Below are positions 1 through 12,548 of a DNA stretch of 64,000 bases, piece by piece. A model generated the notes under the pieces. That model worked only from the letters and a program-made list of their open reading frames with translations. It was not told where the DNA came from and searched no databases. The stretch is taken from positions 186,001 to 250,000 of the forward strand of contig BAAIJX010000031.1 in NCBI GenBank assembly GCA_054600435.1, in the 5' to 3' direction. The stretch's first letter is position 1; every line of letters starts with the position of its first letter. Source of the DNA: Neophaeotheca triangularis. Lineage: Eukaryota. Both the position numbers and the translations under genes were made by a program.

Positions 1-1030
1 CAGATAACTCGTGCTCACGTAGAATGAAATGATGGTTGTTGCGACAGGTTCACTCTACTAAGACCCTAGATGGAGGTTTGATCGTTTTCATGAACCACAG
101 GGAAGGGACAGAGAGCATAGCCATATGTTTGAGTCGCCGAAGAAATTGGAACGATGAGTTCTACCCATGCTTGCTTACGGGCAATTCGCGTCGTACCGTG
201 GCATTGGTCGATCGGGAACGGGAACTCAGATGTCCAAGACTGAGGACCAAGCTTCACCACCACTGTACGCGGGGACTTTTGACTAGTCTCAACAGGAACG
301 CCTTCGAGAAGGAGCTCTCGGCTGATGCTATACGACGTGTCTTCGCGAACGCAGAAGTATCGTAAGCGGCTGTTTGCTAATCTTGCCTCGATTTTCGGTT
401 TGAGACGTTCGCAATGCTTGTTCGACATGCGAGCTGGAAGGCTCAGAGATGCAGAATTCGTCGGGGTGTTTGGAAAGATGTGGAAGTTATCGCTATCCTT
501 GATGACGTGTCGTAGATACGCGTTTAAGACCCAAGCACAGTAGCAAAGCGGGAGGATGCGGGAGTCGAGTTGAAGACCAAGGCCACCCGAATATTGCTAT
601 TATTTCCGACCAGGAATCGGAAAGCTGGCAGTGGACATGTGACGATTAGATTGGAGATTCCCCTCCAACCCTGCGGGTCTTCATCGATGCTTGATATCAG
701 GGTAGAAGTTCTGTATGCGGCCTGTGACTCACACAGACGAAGTTTCGGTGGTGACTGTATTCATGGCGGAAGGTATTGCTGCAAACAAGGCCTTGTCGAA
801 GGTGACGAAGCCGGTATTGGTCCAGCTCTTGAGGCACATCAGCCACAAAATAGTCTGCTCGTCTAGCTGTCTTCTGCGCGATGATATGGCTGCTTCGGTC
901 TCACTGAACTTGCGCTCTGGCCCCTCGCTCATTGCCGGTGTTGCGCAGAGGTCAAGGGCCATAGTAGCTAGTTGATGCCACAGCCAACGTTGCTCGAGCT
1001 AGTACTGGATAGGTGAGTGCTCAATCTTCA
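1..1030 (-). pseudogene. Fragment of a fungal MYND zinc-finger family protein, running off the window start
   Basis: Minus-strand frames contain FPFPIDQCHGTTRIARKQAWVELIVP and VALVFNSTPASSRFATVLG, which resemble the middle region (F-P-x-P...RIARKSxYIE) of fungal MYND-finger proteins. Stops and frameshifts present. Confidence 0.55.
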
Positions 1031-1060
1031 CAGTCTGCGAGCGATATTCACCGTTGTAGG

Positions 1061-1920
1061 TCATGTTTGCTGCTCAATGGTTGAGCCTTGCAGGATGAGG
1101 TAGTTTGGTAGGTAACCGTCCTTCGTCAATGCTGGCAATATTGACCACCTCTCAGAGCGCTTCGTCGACTGCAAATCAACGCAATCAAGACACCGGCGAC
1201 CAACCATATTTGCGCCGGCCAGTCTTCTCATTGGCCGCAGACTCACCGACAAAGCAGAGATCTTCTTGAGGCCAATGTGCAGACCGTGTAAATCATATGT
1301 TGCGCAGCTCTTAATTGCGCTCCTTGGCGGTGCGTTTGGCGACCTTGTAAGACCAAGTCCTCCTCTTCAGCACGCGGAACACCGTCGTCTTACTGACATC
1401 AATACCAAGCTCATCCCAAACTGCAAGGCAGATCTCTTCTAAGTATGCGGTAGGCCGGTCGCCAAGGTACTTTAATTTCCACTAACCACTCAGTTAGAAT
1501 GTCAGTCGCAATCGCAGTCGGTCAGAGTAAAGCAACTACTCACATCCTCTTGCGCAGTGGTAATGATTCGTGGCTTTCCATGAACAACACCAGACGGAGC
1601 ATATACAGTGCTGGATAGCTCGAAACACAGCCTCCACCTTGCAATGGTGCGTTTGGACAGGCCAACCTTAGTAGCGACGACAGAGGGGGGCTCGTTGGCC
1701 TCAAGGAGCTCCCTGGCTGGAGCAACGACGTGATCCTCCGCTAATTTGACCATGACCGCAGTTACACCTCCAATTTGCCTATACCAACGATGTTCACATG
1801 ATATTGAGGCTTCAAGAGCATGAATATAATGGTTATAACTACGGTGATGGAGCTGTCACCAGACTTAGGTGAGGGCTTGACCAGCTCCGCAATCTTCGGC
1901 GTGCGACACCTCATACGGTA
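1061..1920 (-). mobile_element. Tc1/IS630-like (DDE_3) transposase pseudogene, truncated
   Basis: HTH-like N-terminus (1502-1753), then after a likely intron YLGDRPTAYLEEICLAVWDELGIDVSKTTVFRVLKRR, LCFVGESAANEKTGRRKYGWSP and KRSERWSILPALTKDGYL. In-frame stops. The element end near 1920 is tentative. Confidence 0.8.
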
Positions 1921-1994
1921 CAGATTGTATTAGTACTAATTCACTAGCTATCGTGGTCTCGAGGCTCTTAGCTGATGTGAGGGAGGCCTGTTGC

Positions 1995-3583
1995 CTAGCT
2001 CACGACTCTATGGGTTTCAGGGGGTAGGTAGAAGAGGCCGCGGATCATCTCCACTACCTTAATAAATCGAGCTGCAATGTAGCCGATGGTGCTAGGCATG
2101 ACAACAATGTCCAGGGGTTTTTCGATGACTTTGCCACTGGCGTCCAGTATCCGATCCCATCTTTCTAGATATCGAATGATTTGGCGCAAGAAGGGCAGAC
2201 TCTCATCAGGAAGGTGGTCGGCCCCGTCGATGTAAGATTCAAGAGCGTCCTTTAGGGCCTGGATACACCCTCTAATTACCTGGATGGTTGGTTGTATAGT
2301 GAGCAGTGCAGGGCAAGCGGTGGCGATGATCGTGGACGCCGGCCAAAGCCTTGCGTCAGTCGCCGAAGGGAAGTGCAGCTGCCATGGCGCGAGATGCATG
2401 ATCCCAAAGCAAACTCCGAACAGATACGCTGCCGAGGTTTGTCTCTTTGCGCGGGCCATTACTGGTATCCGTGGCCAGTGCCTTCTGTCTTCTTCGTAAG
2501 TCTCGCGGAGCTCTGCTGGGATGCACCCCTTGGCTGCAAGTGCAATGGGAATCTCCACCCCGCACGGCTTCTGGAACTGGAAGCCGTATGCTAGCATCGA
2601 GCAGATCGCGAACGCCAGGGCCCCTACTTCAAAGGCCGAAATCGGTAGTCCTTCCGCAACTCGTGCCATAATACTGACAACGAACCATAGGAGCGACCAG
2701 ATGAGGATGATCTTAGCGAGCGTGTCGCTTTTGGCACGGTCGTCGATATTAGCGGTCGTTATCGGCGTTCGTGGTATGATTCCAAGCTCGATGGCACGGA
2801 AGTACCTTTCCGGAGTAAGATGGAAGGATCAATATTCATCACTCTTAATGACGGTCGTAACATCATAGGGAACCATCATGCTGTTCCAGTCAGTAGTTGC
2901 GACGGGCGTTGATACAAGACTGCATGCGTCTGGGAGGGATGGTTCGCGACCGTTGACCTTTCCCCCCTCCCAATCCATCCAGTCAGGGCGAGTAGCTGGC
3001 GCTAAGTGCAAAGAAAGCGTTGTTGAATTACCAGGCAGGTCTGCCGTGCGATCTGTATCTTGGTAGGACCATGTGGACGCCTTCGTGATTTTGTGGCCAG
3101 CACGATCTGACTACTCTGGAATTGGGTTTGTGTCGCTCTGCGTCGATTTCGGCATGTCCTGTTGGGGGCATAGCAGAATGTATTCATTCATGTCCATGAA
3201 GAAGATGTGTTTGATCAGCCAAGGAGCGTCCTCCTATTTCGATTGCTGACGCAAGACTTTAAGCCATAGCCATGCATCGAGCAGTCGATTAACGCAGGAG
3301 CGTAGACAAGCTCGGGCGCCAGTACCGCCAGGCCAGGCACGACGTAGACCTCACACTCGAGCCATCGTCTAAATTTGTCGCTAAAGCCGTCTAGCTGACG
3401 TGAGCTAAAAGGGAGATTGTAGTGCAAGAAAGTGTACACACTAGCAACTAGTACTGATATGCACGCCCGGACAAGTTGCAAGCTCCCTTGAATCGTAGGA
3501 GGTCCGACGTAGCTGACCGTGTGGTTGGGGACGGTGCAATTGGGTTCAAACGCGGTAAACCCTTCGACCCGGAAGTAGAGCAT
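1995..3583 (-). pseudogene. Fungal multi-pass membrane protein of unknown function, disrupted
   Basis: NCTVPNHTVSYVGPPTIQGSLQLVRACISVLVASVYTFLHYNLP at the N-terminus and IDDRAKSDTLAKI...ARVAEGLPISAFEVGALAFAICSMLAYGFQFQKP downstream match a widespread uncharacterised ascomycete membrane family. Split over several frames. Confidence 0.65.
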
Positions 3584-3684
3584 GCTTAGGAAGCCCTTAC
3601 TAGTACTACTACCTTGCTATCTTAATAACACTCTAATCTACTATATACCTCTGAGTATACTAAATTTATCCTCTAAATATATCA

Positions 3685-4120
3685 TTGCGCACGGAAACCA
3701 GAACGGTAGGAAGAGGACAACCCTCCGGGAGATTAGCACCGCGATAGTTCAGATAGAGCGACCTTTGCAGAGGCTCCGGATTGCCTGGGTTCGAGGACAC
3801 CAGGGAATAGAATGGAATGAGATGGCCGATAGAGCGGCTAAAGCAGCTACCGAAGGGGACGGTCGATTCAAAATTCCAGTACAGAAGAGAGTACGGGAGC
3901 TAGACGGCGCCCTCCGGTTAGTAGAGAGAGATAGGAGTGACAATCCGACCTTCACTCAAAGTGCTCGCAATACCGGCCAATACACGTGGAAGCTAGACCA
4001 AGTCCTCCCGGGACGCCACACCCTAGAGCTATATGGAAGGATGAGCTCGGACGAAGCCTCTACTCTAATCCAGGCTCGCTCAGGGCAAAACCGACTTAAC
4101 GCTTCCCTTCATCGCTGTAA
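3685..4120 (+). mobile_element. Non-LTR (Tad1-like LINE) retrotransposon RNase H fragment
   Basis: LRIAWVRGHQGIEWNEMADRAAKAA (RNase HI WVxGH..GNExAD motif), followed by LYGRMSSDEASTLIQARSGQNRLNASLHR, typical of the fungal LINE ORF2 C-terminus. Confidence 0.85.
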
Positions 4121-6049
4121 GACCCGGGTCCATCGTATTCCCCCGTTAAGTCTCCCCTCTTATCCGTCGTGGCCTCCCGAAGCCTTTGCTTTCCTCCTTC
4201 CCAAGCCGGGCATCACGGCAGGACGTGCTGGATCGTCGCCGTTTCTGCACGCCGCCACGCTACTACTACACCCAAGTCGGAGTTCATGATATCTGCAAGA
4301 GGATCAGCTAATACGGTATACTTCAACATCGCGTCTGAAACGCGCCCCGCGCTCTTATCCGCGCAGCAGTGCCCGGATTGTCTCGTCGTAGGCTCGTAGC
4401 TGTTTGTCTACTTGGCCACCTCTTCGCTTCCACCCGGCTGTCAGAGTCCGCAATTCGTATCGCCATTCGCCATCGCCGTGACTGCTCGCGTGGTTGATGC
4501 CAGCCGTCGAGTTCAAGCCTTCATTCCGCCCGCATCCGTCATGAAAGGACAGCGCGAATGAAGGTCTTGAGCACGCGGTTTCTTTGGCGGAGGAGGCGGA
4601 CCCCTCCTACTCAGATCGTTGCTTGCAGGCCTTGGCTCGAGTTCAAAGTCTCCAAGACTCCGACGGACCCGGGGGGAGCTTTTCGTTGTCGATGCCCTGC
4701 CCGCCTTGCTACACCAACGATCTCCGAAAATGGAGGCGCAAGTTCCTATCGCTCTTCCTTGTGTACCTTGCGCAGGTATACTGTATGAATATGGTGACCT
4801 CAGCAGCCGGCAGTCGTCGTTGGCAGAGTTCGAACGTCGAAGTTCCCAGCCACAGCCCGGCGACTTCTGCTCTACCGCGTACCTTGTAGAAGCCGCCTTT
4901 ATTGTCCGTCATGCTCTTCACAGCAGGGCGGTCAGTGAGTGAGAGCAATCGAGCTTCGAGCCGTGGTATATGCTCGCTCACTCGGAAGTCACCGTCAGGG
5001 AGTGCTCGTTCGCTCGCTCGTTATGAGCTCCCCACTTCTCGATTGTATACTCCCTTTTGCTTCCCACTCTTGATCGCTCCTTTCTCCACTCCAACCTCTT
5101 CTTGGTGACGCATTGAAGACGTACTACCGGATCGTGGATATGCAGGGCGCTCTTTCGGTGGGTGGTGATGTCCACCGTGGGTGAGGCACGTAGTTGCCGG
5201 AGGTGCAAGTAGGCGGCGGAGGTGCTATAGTGGCTCTATCGGTTCCAGAGGTGCGTGCTATGGTGGTGATGGACCAGTTGTGAAAGGCTCTGGAATAGGC
5301 GGGAGAGGTTCGTGGGGTCTCTTCTTTGTCGGCGCAGGTGTTTCGTCGAATTCGATGAACGCGTTGTCGATATTGTCTAAATTTGGAGGTCCAGAGTCCT
5401 CTTCAAGAAGGCCTTTCACAGGGTGAACAGACTTGTTAGAAGTCTACGTTCTAGTTTGAATGTCTCGTTTTTGCCAGGCGCGCGTCGGGCGAGCGGGCAC
5501 TGAAGCTGGTGACCTCAGCAAACACCCAGACCGCCTTCTTGCCTGATCAATCAGCGGATATGGAGGGAATGCTAATAGCCTCTTTCCGTTCTTCAAGGGT
5601 CATCTCAGCGAGATAGGTTGGTGAATAGGACAGACCAGTGGAGCACTGGCGCAGTGTCGCGCTTGTCTGTTCCTGTTCCTGATCCACTCACCCATGTCAT
5701 TCGCCTTCAGATGCGTCTGCTGGAATCGAGGTCATTAGAGGCGATATTTAGCTTTGAATGCGAGAGCAATACGGCCGTTAACGCTGCGGCCAGCGGCGCG
5801 CCTTTTCCCAGGATACACATACGAACCGCTATCCAGTACTCTGAGATCCTATCTTACCGTTGCACATTTTCCGGGCCCTATATTATCGAAACTACAATTA
5901 ATTGCGCTCGTTTTCTATTTGCCCGATGTTCTCCGTATGTCAGGATCCAGGTCTTTCTCTTAAGCATCGCCAAAATGCGCATCATCATCCCGACCCTCAA
6001 TCTCTTCTATTGATGCATTGTAGTTAAGGTTCAACTCATCTTCACCACG

Positions 6050-6497
6050 AACGTGGACAACATCATCCCATTCTTCCAGCGGCACACCTCTTCAAGCCTG
6101 CTTCATGATCTGCTGCCACTTGGTCTTCCCATCGCTGTCCACTTTCCCATGCCAATCATAGTCCGCTCCACTTCGTCGTGGGAACTTGTTGTCATCCTAC
6201 TCTTGCATTGGCACCTCTCGAACAGCGCCATCACCAATTTGCTGCCATTCCCAATGTTGCCCGCGGAAGAACGCTGCGTCTCCGTGCCGAAGGCCGCAGT
6301 AGCCATGAAGTCCATAATGGCCGTTCTCGTCCAAGCTCACGACCTCGAAGGATTGTAGAACAGATCCAGGCGCCGGGTTGAAGCTAGGCCGGCCTAGCGA
6401 TAAGAACATTGTTCCGGCCCCAATCTCCGTGGTTTAAATGTCCACTGCCGCAGTGTCCGAAACAGACGTTGGAGCGGTAGAAGCGGACAGCAAACCA
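6050..6497 (-). pseudogene. Fragment of an unknown Cys-containing protein, paralogous to 10315-11108
   Basis: AVRFYRSNVCFGHCGSGHL and GHYGLHGYCGLRHGDAAFFRGQHWEWQQIGDGAVREV align with the plus-strand copy at 10.3-11.1 kb. Confidence 0.6.
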
Positions 6498-7739
6498 TGC
6501 GCAGACGAGCCCTCATACCCCTAGCGCGACCATGCGCAGACGAGCACCTCTACACCCTACCAACACCTGCACCAAATGGGTGTCTCACCTGCCATGGACA
6601 CTACCTCCCACCGCGCATACCCACGAGCTGATGGCTCCCTTTCAGTGCGTCACTAAGAAGAGGTGGGATGAGGGAAAGCAGTTATCAAGAGCAGGGAGCA
6701 ATAATGGCGCAATGGGGAGGCCACCCAGGTGCATGAAGCGGTTGCCATGTGCACTGGATAATCACTGGTTTGGGGTTTAATAACTGCAATGCACTGAGAC
6801 ACCAAATTGCTGCCCCTCCACCTCTGGCCTTCCACCAATACCCATTGGGACTTCACCAAAGTTAATTTCTAAAGCAGGTGAAGCACGTGGCAACAAGCTC
6901 CTATACTCAGAACTTTGATTGAGTGGGTGGTTGTGATGGTATAAGGTGGGTGGAGGGTTGGTGAAGCTGGTGAGCTTGTGCCATGACAATCAACTAGCCA
7001 GTGGTACGCTTGGCACTAACTTCCTAATGCGGTAACAGCATCAAGCCTTGACAAGCAAGATCAATCCACCTGCCGTCTTGACTTGTCAAAACAAGATCAA
7101 ATGACCTAACCACGTGGACCTTTCAAGTCAAGACTAATTCACCTACCAACTTGGCTTGGTTTGATTAATGACAAGTCTGTCGCGAACGTGCAATCCAGCA
7201 CTTCACAAGTCGAGCGCCCCAGCGGGGAGGCCATGCAAATCTTGATAGCAACAGTTTCGGCAGCAGCAAAATGACTCGAAAGGTGTAAACACTCTTGGGC
7301 AGATTGTTAATAGTTTCGAAGACATCTGATCGGCCTATCTTCTTGGGCTATTCTGTGTGACTGAGGGTGCCAGCATTCTCCGTTACGACCACCAGATCCG
7401 ACAAGTACTTGATCACGGGGCCTGATAGCTTCGCGAGCCAAGACATCGAATGGTGGACGATCTCCTAGCGTCAACTTAACATTCTCGGTACAAACCCGAG
7501 GGTGAAGCATCTTGCCAAGACCGGGCACACCAATTCGGTTTGACCTTTTACCTCCCAAGGTAGAGAGGCATTTGCTACTCAACTACTACTCATTTCCCAT
7601 CCCACTCTTACACTTTTGACCGCACTTGGTTCTTCTCTTATCTCTCTTCATTGTGGCTGCATCATTTACAAGTTCTGACAATACCTCTCTCCCTTTCCTC
7701 TCTTCTCTGCAACAGCACCATTGACACACGTTCGACATT

Positions 7740-8978
7740 ATGGAGCGCCTGGACATCAACGTCAAGATTTCCTCAGTCTTCCTCGGTTGTTCCAATCTGG
7801 TCTACGATCAATTGAGCGAACACGCACTAGCACTTTGGCGTCCTAACGACCAGGACAAAGAGTCAGGCTCGACGCGTAAAGGCCTTTTCTTCCTTGGCTT
7901 CGCAGCATTTTGCCTCTGGTCAACCATTCATGTATGTGCCTGCTGACCCCGCGTTTAGCGATGGAGACGTGGCATAACTGATTGACCCCAGCAAGCTCAC
8001 GCTGAAGGCGCGGTGGGGTTGACCGTAGCTACAGTCGAAAGCTCTCAACCGCCCATTAGAGATGAAGAACCAGGCGCCAAAGAAGGGCAAGCTTCCAAGG
8101 TTGGGGAGGCAACAAAGTCCGATGACAAGGCATCATGCAAGCCATCTAAAGATGACGCCGACTTGACAGAATCAAGCTGGATACCGTCTAAGACATTTCC
8201 GTATGGAAGTCTCTGTGCCCAACGGTTCTTGAACGGCAAAAGACAAGCTGGCAAAAGGCAAGCGTGTATCTTTTTACTACTAAACGAACTGGTATCTCGT
8301 GCACTCTACTTGGTTCTCGGCGATCCGACAACACAATGGGTGCAGTGGGCGGTCCATTTGATTACCTCCATCGCGCTTGCCGGAGCCCGTATGTTATGGA
8401 CACACGCAGTCCTCACGGATCCCTCAATCCAGATCCCAAGTCGGAGCTTAACGTCCTGGTTCAAAGTATATCAGGCTCTGCTCCTGCCGACAGTTGTCTA
8501 TGCTCTTGCCCAGCCTGCAACCGTTCTCGTCACCTGGAAGGCCACAACTTCGTTATTCCATCTGATTGTAGGTGCAAAACTGTCAGGAATAGCCATAATT
8601 CTAGCAATCATCAGCATGATGGTCATTCCCATTGCCGTACTCAGCACTATGACAATTCTATGCTTCACCCCAGCCGCGATGACCTTAAATCGCGTCGAAG
8701 CTTCACTTCTCCCTAGGGATATCCCTACGGTTGCTCCGCTGAACACTCATTGCGCCAACGACTTGAACGAGGATGGCCCTAACATCAGCATCAGCAGCAG
8801 TAGCGGGCTTTACAGGGTGTATCTGGAACCTTCTGTCCAAGCTTGGGATGCAATAGGGTACCGGACATTTCTACGAACCTACTGGGCCTTCCTTAAAGTC
8901 ACCTTCTCGGTTGGCTGCCACGGGATCCAATTCATCATGCAATCACCACGCTTGATTCGCATCGCTAGTCGGTCATGA
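7740..8978 (+). CDS. Hypothetical fungal membrane protein, at least one intron; 3' end uncertain
   Basis: ATG at 7740, GTATGT donor near 7932, then a 321-aa ORF with hydrophobic segments and motifs LAGARMLWTHAVLTDPS and PAAMTLNRVEASLLP, seen in a conserved fungal hypothetical family. Confidence 0.55.
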
Positions 8979-10314
8979 TTAGATAGCGCCAGTTGCCGGC
9001 CTGTATCCGGCAACCTACAACATAGGCTACTCGATGTTGGGCGCCATGCGGACTCAAATCCTGTCTTGGAGGTCGGCGCGCGAGCTCGTAGCTGTCAACA
9101 CCAACTCCAGCGTCGCGGCACTGGTGTACGGCATGTTGCTAACGGGCTTCATCGCCGAGTATTCAGGAGGCACTCTCGAGCGCGCCGTTGCGATTTCGTG
9201 GTGTCGCTACATGCAGCGCTTGCTCTGCAGCTGTGGCATTCGCTTGCTGCGTGATGCCCGTCGCCTTCTCTCTCGTCGGTTTAGTCAGAAAACAGTTTCT
9301 GAATGGTCTGGGTGCCATTACCGCTCACCGCGATAGCGATGAGTGGAAGGCGTGTCATCTATTTTTGGTAGTTTGGTCAAGCAGCAGTGCAGGTTGGACG
9401 ACACATTCAAGGTCTAGAATCCTAGTGCCGTTGCATTAATAGGTACTCTTTTAGCGTGCTTTTCCCTCGTTGCTAGACTCGCCATTCATCCTAGCACTAC
9501 TATTACCATTGTCTCTAAGTTTCACAACTGTTTCTATTACCATCACCACTACCTTCTCCGCGACCAGGCGTAAAGGCGCAACCACTATTATTCTATCTAC
9601 CGTCACTCGCTATCAACACTAGGAAGCTGCTAGCACAGGCATAGTGGGCCCGCGGAGCCACAGGTACGTACTCTTAAGCTTTCTAAATTACCCATCGTTG
9701 CGCCTGTCGGATCCTCTAAAGCCCTGGTCTACCCCAGCTTGAAATCATGTTTCCCTGAATTCTTTGATATTATGCGTCGTCGTGGTCGCTCGGGCAAAAG
9801 CGTCATGTACGATGTACTATCCCTTAGCTAGATTGACTAGAGTTGCTGAGATATAGGGCAGTGCCGCGAGGCTAGTGCAATGTGGACAAAGATCGATGTC
9901 ACAAGGAAAGTTCCACATAAAGCATACTCGGCGCTGGCGACCATACGGGATCGTTCGGCCCGCCCTTAGCTGGCTGGGTTGGCTGACTAAGCCCTAAAGC
10001 CTACTAGATGCCATGCGAATGTAGAACAGTACACGCGCCAAGTCGACCTTTCGTCATAACAATGCGCTACCCTCTTGTGCTACACTATAGGGTCCTTCTC
10101 CTCAAGCGTGGGTTTAGACCAACATTCGTGAGCGTAGGCAGAGTTGGAGTCGACGACAATCTCTCTTCCACCCCTATACGTCGCACCGACCGCCTTCCAC
10201 CTATACTTCTTTCATCACTTATCACCTAAGAAAGACGTCCTTGCGATCCTTACCTTCTTAGTTACCGACGTCACCGAATTGTCACACCCTGATTACTTCT
10301 ATCTGCCGTGAGAT

Positions 10315-11108
10315 ATGTTGGCATTTAGTGTGCTCTTTTCGCTTACCGTATACGCATTTGCGGCGCTGAATGTCACGCTCTATTCGAACCTCCTATGCAA
10401 ACAGAAGCCGCTAGATTCCTACTGCCTCGACAAATGCAACATTTCTTAATGCCTAACTCCTTTCGCGGGTAAAGCGCTCGCCTTAGGAGTCGACCTATGG
10501 CGCGAGCCGGATAAGGAGCTTATAGGCTCGCTTACGGTAGAGGAAAGATTCGTCCACGACAATGACGACTATGGAGAGCACCTTGCAGTCCGTTTTTACA
10601 GCCCGACCGACTGCTTCGGTCATTGCGGCAGTGGACAGTTAATTGAGCAGGTTCAAGGGCCGGCTCTTGCCGGTCCGTATTTCGTGATGCTCGGCGTTCG
10701 GATGCGGCTTAAAAGACCCCTATCGTCTCTATCTGTACTACAAACGTTCACGTGGATGAAGCTGGCCAGTATGGGCTTCACGGCTAGTGCGGTATCCGGC
10801 ACGGATATGCGCCATTCTTCCATGGAAGGCATTGGAAATGGTAGTAGATCGGCGATGGAGCTTTTCGAGATATTTTTATAGAAGATTGGAATGAAGAAGA
10901 ATTGCCACTGCGGACCGGAAGGAGTTGCGAAATGCACGAACGAGTCGACGATAGTGGCAAGTGGAAAAATTGTAAGGTGGCCGAAGCTGGTTTTAGTCGA
11001 ATGAGGGTAGAGGAATGGGATGGTGAGATAGATAATTGCAGTAGCAGCCTTCAGTGTTTCGGATGGAATTGTTTAAAAAGCTTGGAAGGAAAGGAGACGC
11101 GGAGTTAG
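10315..11108 (+). pseudogene. Secreted Cys-rich protein, inactivated by stops and a frameshift
   Basis: MLAFSVLFSLTVYAFAALNVTLY is signal-peptide-like. One frame runs to about 10750 with TAA at 10447, then a frameshift into GRHWKW**IGDG, where the paralogue has WQQIGDG. Confidence 0.65.
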
Positions 11109-11285
11109 TATGATACAAAGCTAGCATAGTCAGCCTGTACTGTAGCGCTACTAGCAATAGGCGTGATCTCACACGCTTTTTCAAAGTATACTTGAAATCA
11201 ACGACCACAACAAAATAGAGTACTTCCTCGAGTTTCATTGGAGCTGACGTGTTCGCTAGTAAACTCGCCGGTTCCTAGTCTACAA

Positions 11286-11993
11286 TCAAGATGCTCGCCT
11301 CTCTTCGCTCTTTGGGTGCGAAGCCCTTAGGCGAGCTTCAATCGCATCTTCTGCGTCCGAGAAAGCCTCGATGATCGCATGTCCAGCAATAGAGAGCCCG
11401 AAGGAGAAGAAGAGCCCTATAGCTGCGCTAAGGATTTTCCATGTTTTGCTTTTCACTAGAAAACAAAGGAGCCCAAAAACTAGTACCGACACTAGAAGAA
11501 CAAGAAAGCCAAGGACTAGTGATTCAGAATGTGTTAATAAGACCGCTCTAAGGGCATCTCGAATATCCTTAAGTACCTTTAAGGGGGGAAACGTACTTGC
11601 CGCCCTTTTCGTGACCCTCCCGATTCTATACAGGGGGATGTGAACCTCTTTGTATACAATCCAGCTATCTTCGATCCCGAATATGTCCATATACATACTG
11701 GGCGGGTATGCACGCAGCTCCCCTCCATTCCCCATTGTCCACTTCGCTGCTACCCGTCTCGCGTGATCAATGTGCAGGTTCCGCTTCGTGGTCAGCAGCT
11801 TAACGATGAAGTCGCGGACTTCGTCTGGCGTCGCTTTCGCATCGGGAAATTTGATTGAGCCGTCGGCTTCTCGTTGAACGTGCGATTCAGTGTAGAGGGG
11901 GAGCATCTCTTCGGTTTCGCTAGAAGGGCCGTCGATGGGGGCAGGATCATCATCGGCGGCGTTGGGCTTATGGTCGACTTCGGAGTCAGCCAT
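11286..11993 (-). CDS. Hypothetical protein with two C-terminal transmembrane segments
   Basis: 235-aa ORF with an acidic N-terminus, AAKWTMGNGGELRAYPPSMYMDIFG and two hydrophobic helices. A small in-frame intron is possible. Confidence 0.6.
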   Translation of the reverse strand: MADSEVDHKPNAADDDPAPIDGPSSETEEMLPLYTESHVQREADGSIKFPDAKATPDEVRDFIVKLLTTKRNLHIDHARRVAAKWTMGNGGELRAYPPSMYMDIFGIEDSWIVYKEVHIPLYRIGRVTKRAASTFPPLKVLKDIRDALRAVLLTHSESLVLGFLVLLVSVLVFGLLCFLVKSKTWKILSAAIGLFFSFGLSIAGHAIIEAFSDAEDAIEARLRASHPKSEERRAS

Positions 11994-12548
11994 TTGCGTG
12001 TGTTCTGTTCCAGGTCATTGGTGTTCGAGGTTAATGTCTAATAGTAGTGAATGCTCGGGCAGAGTATGATGACGTTGTGGACTGCTTCAATGGCAGTTGA
12101 TCATAGCATTTGTAGGTGCAAGACGTTATTGTAAGGTGATGGGGGGTTAGGATGGCTGTGGCTGTGTACAGAAGCAAGGCATGAAGAAGCATCCGCAAGC
12201 CGAGTGTCACGGCAAGCGGAGCTTCCGTCTTCCCGCTTTTAGCACAAAATTACATCTATTCTTATATAGTCAATATTCTTCGATGCCGAAATTATGCTGC
12301 AGAGCAGCCCTCAGTCGCTTTAGGTTCAGGTCTCTAGTCATAGCTATAGTCATAGCTTCCGTCGTAGGCGTAAAAGCTAGCAGGCACGGCAGGCAGCAGC
12401 GAGCGTTTGCTAGATGGGCTGACTGAACATATGGGCACTTACTCTTGCTCTTGCTCTTGCTTGTCCTCTCTCCGTTCTGACAATTTTTCAACACGCTGTT
12501 TTCCTGCTTCCTTCCCATCGTATTGGCTGAGGCACCGACACAATTATC

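Noticed and set aside
5427..7180. ACAGACTTGT inverted pair (5427 and 7171) as transposon TIRs
   Set aside because: Only 10 bp match and there is no target-site duplication, although 7040-7180 is CAAG/CTTG-rich like a TE end.
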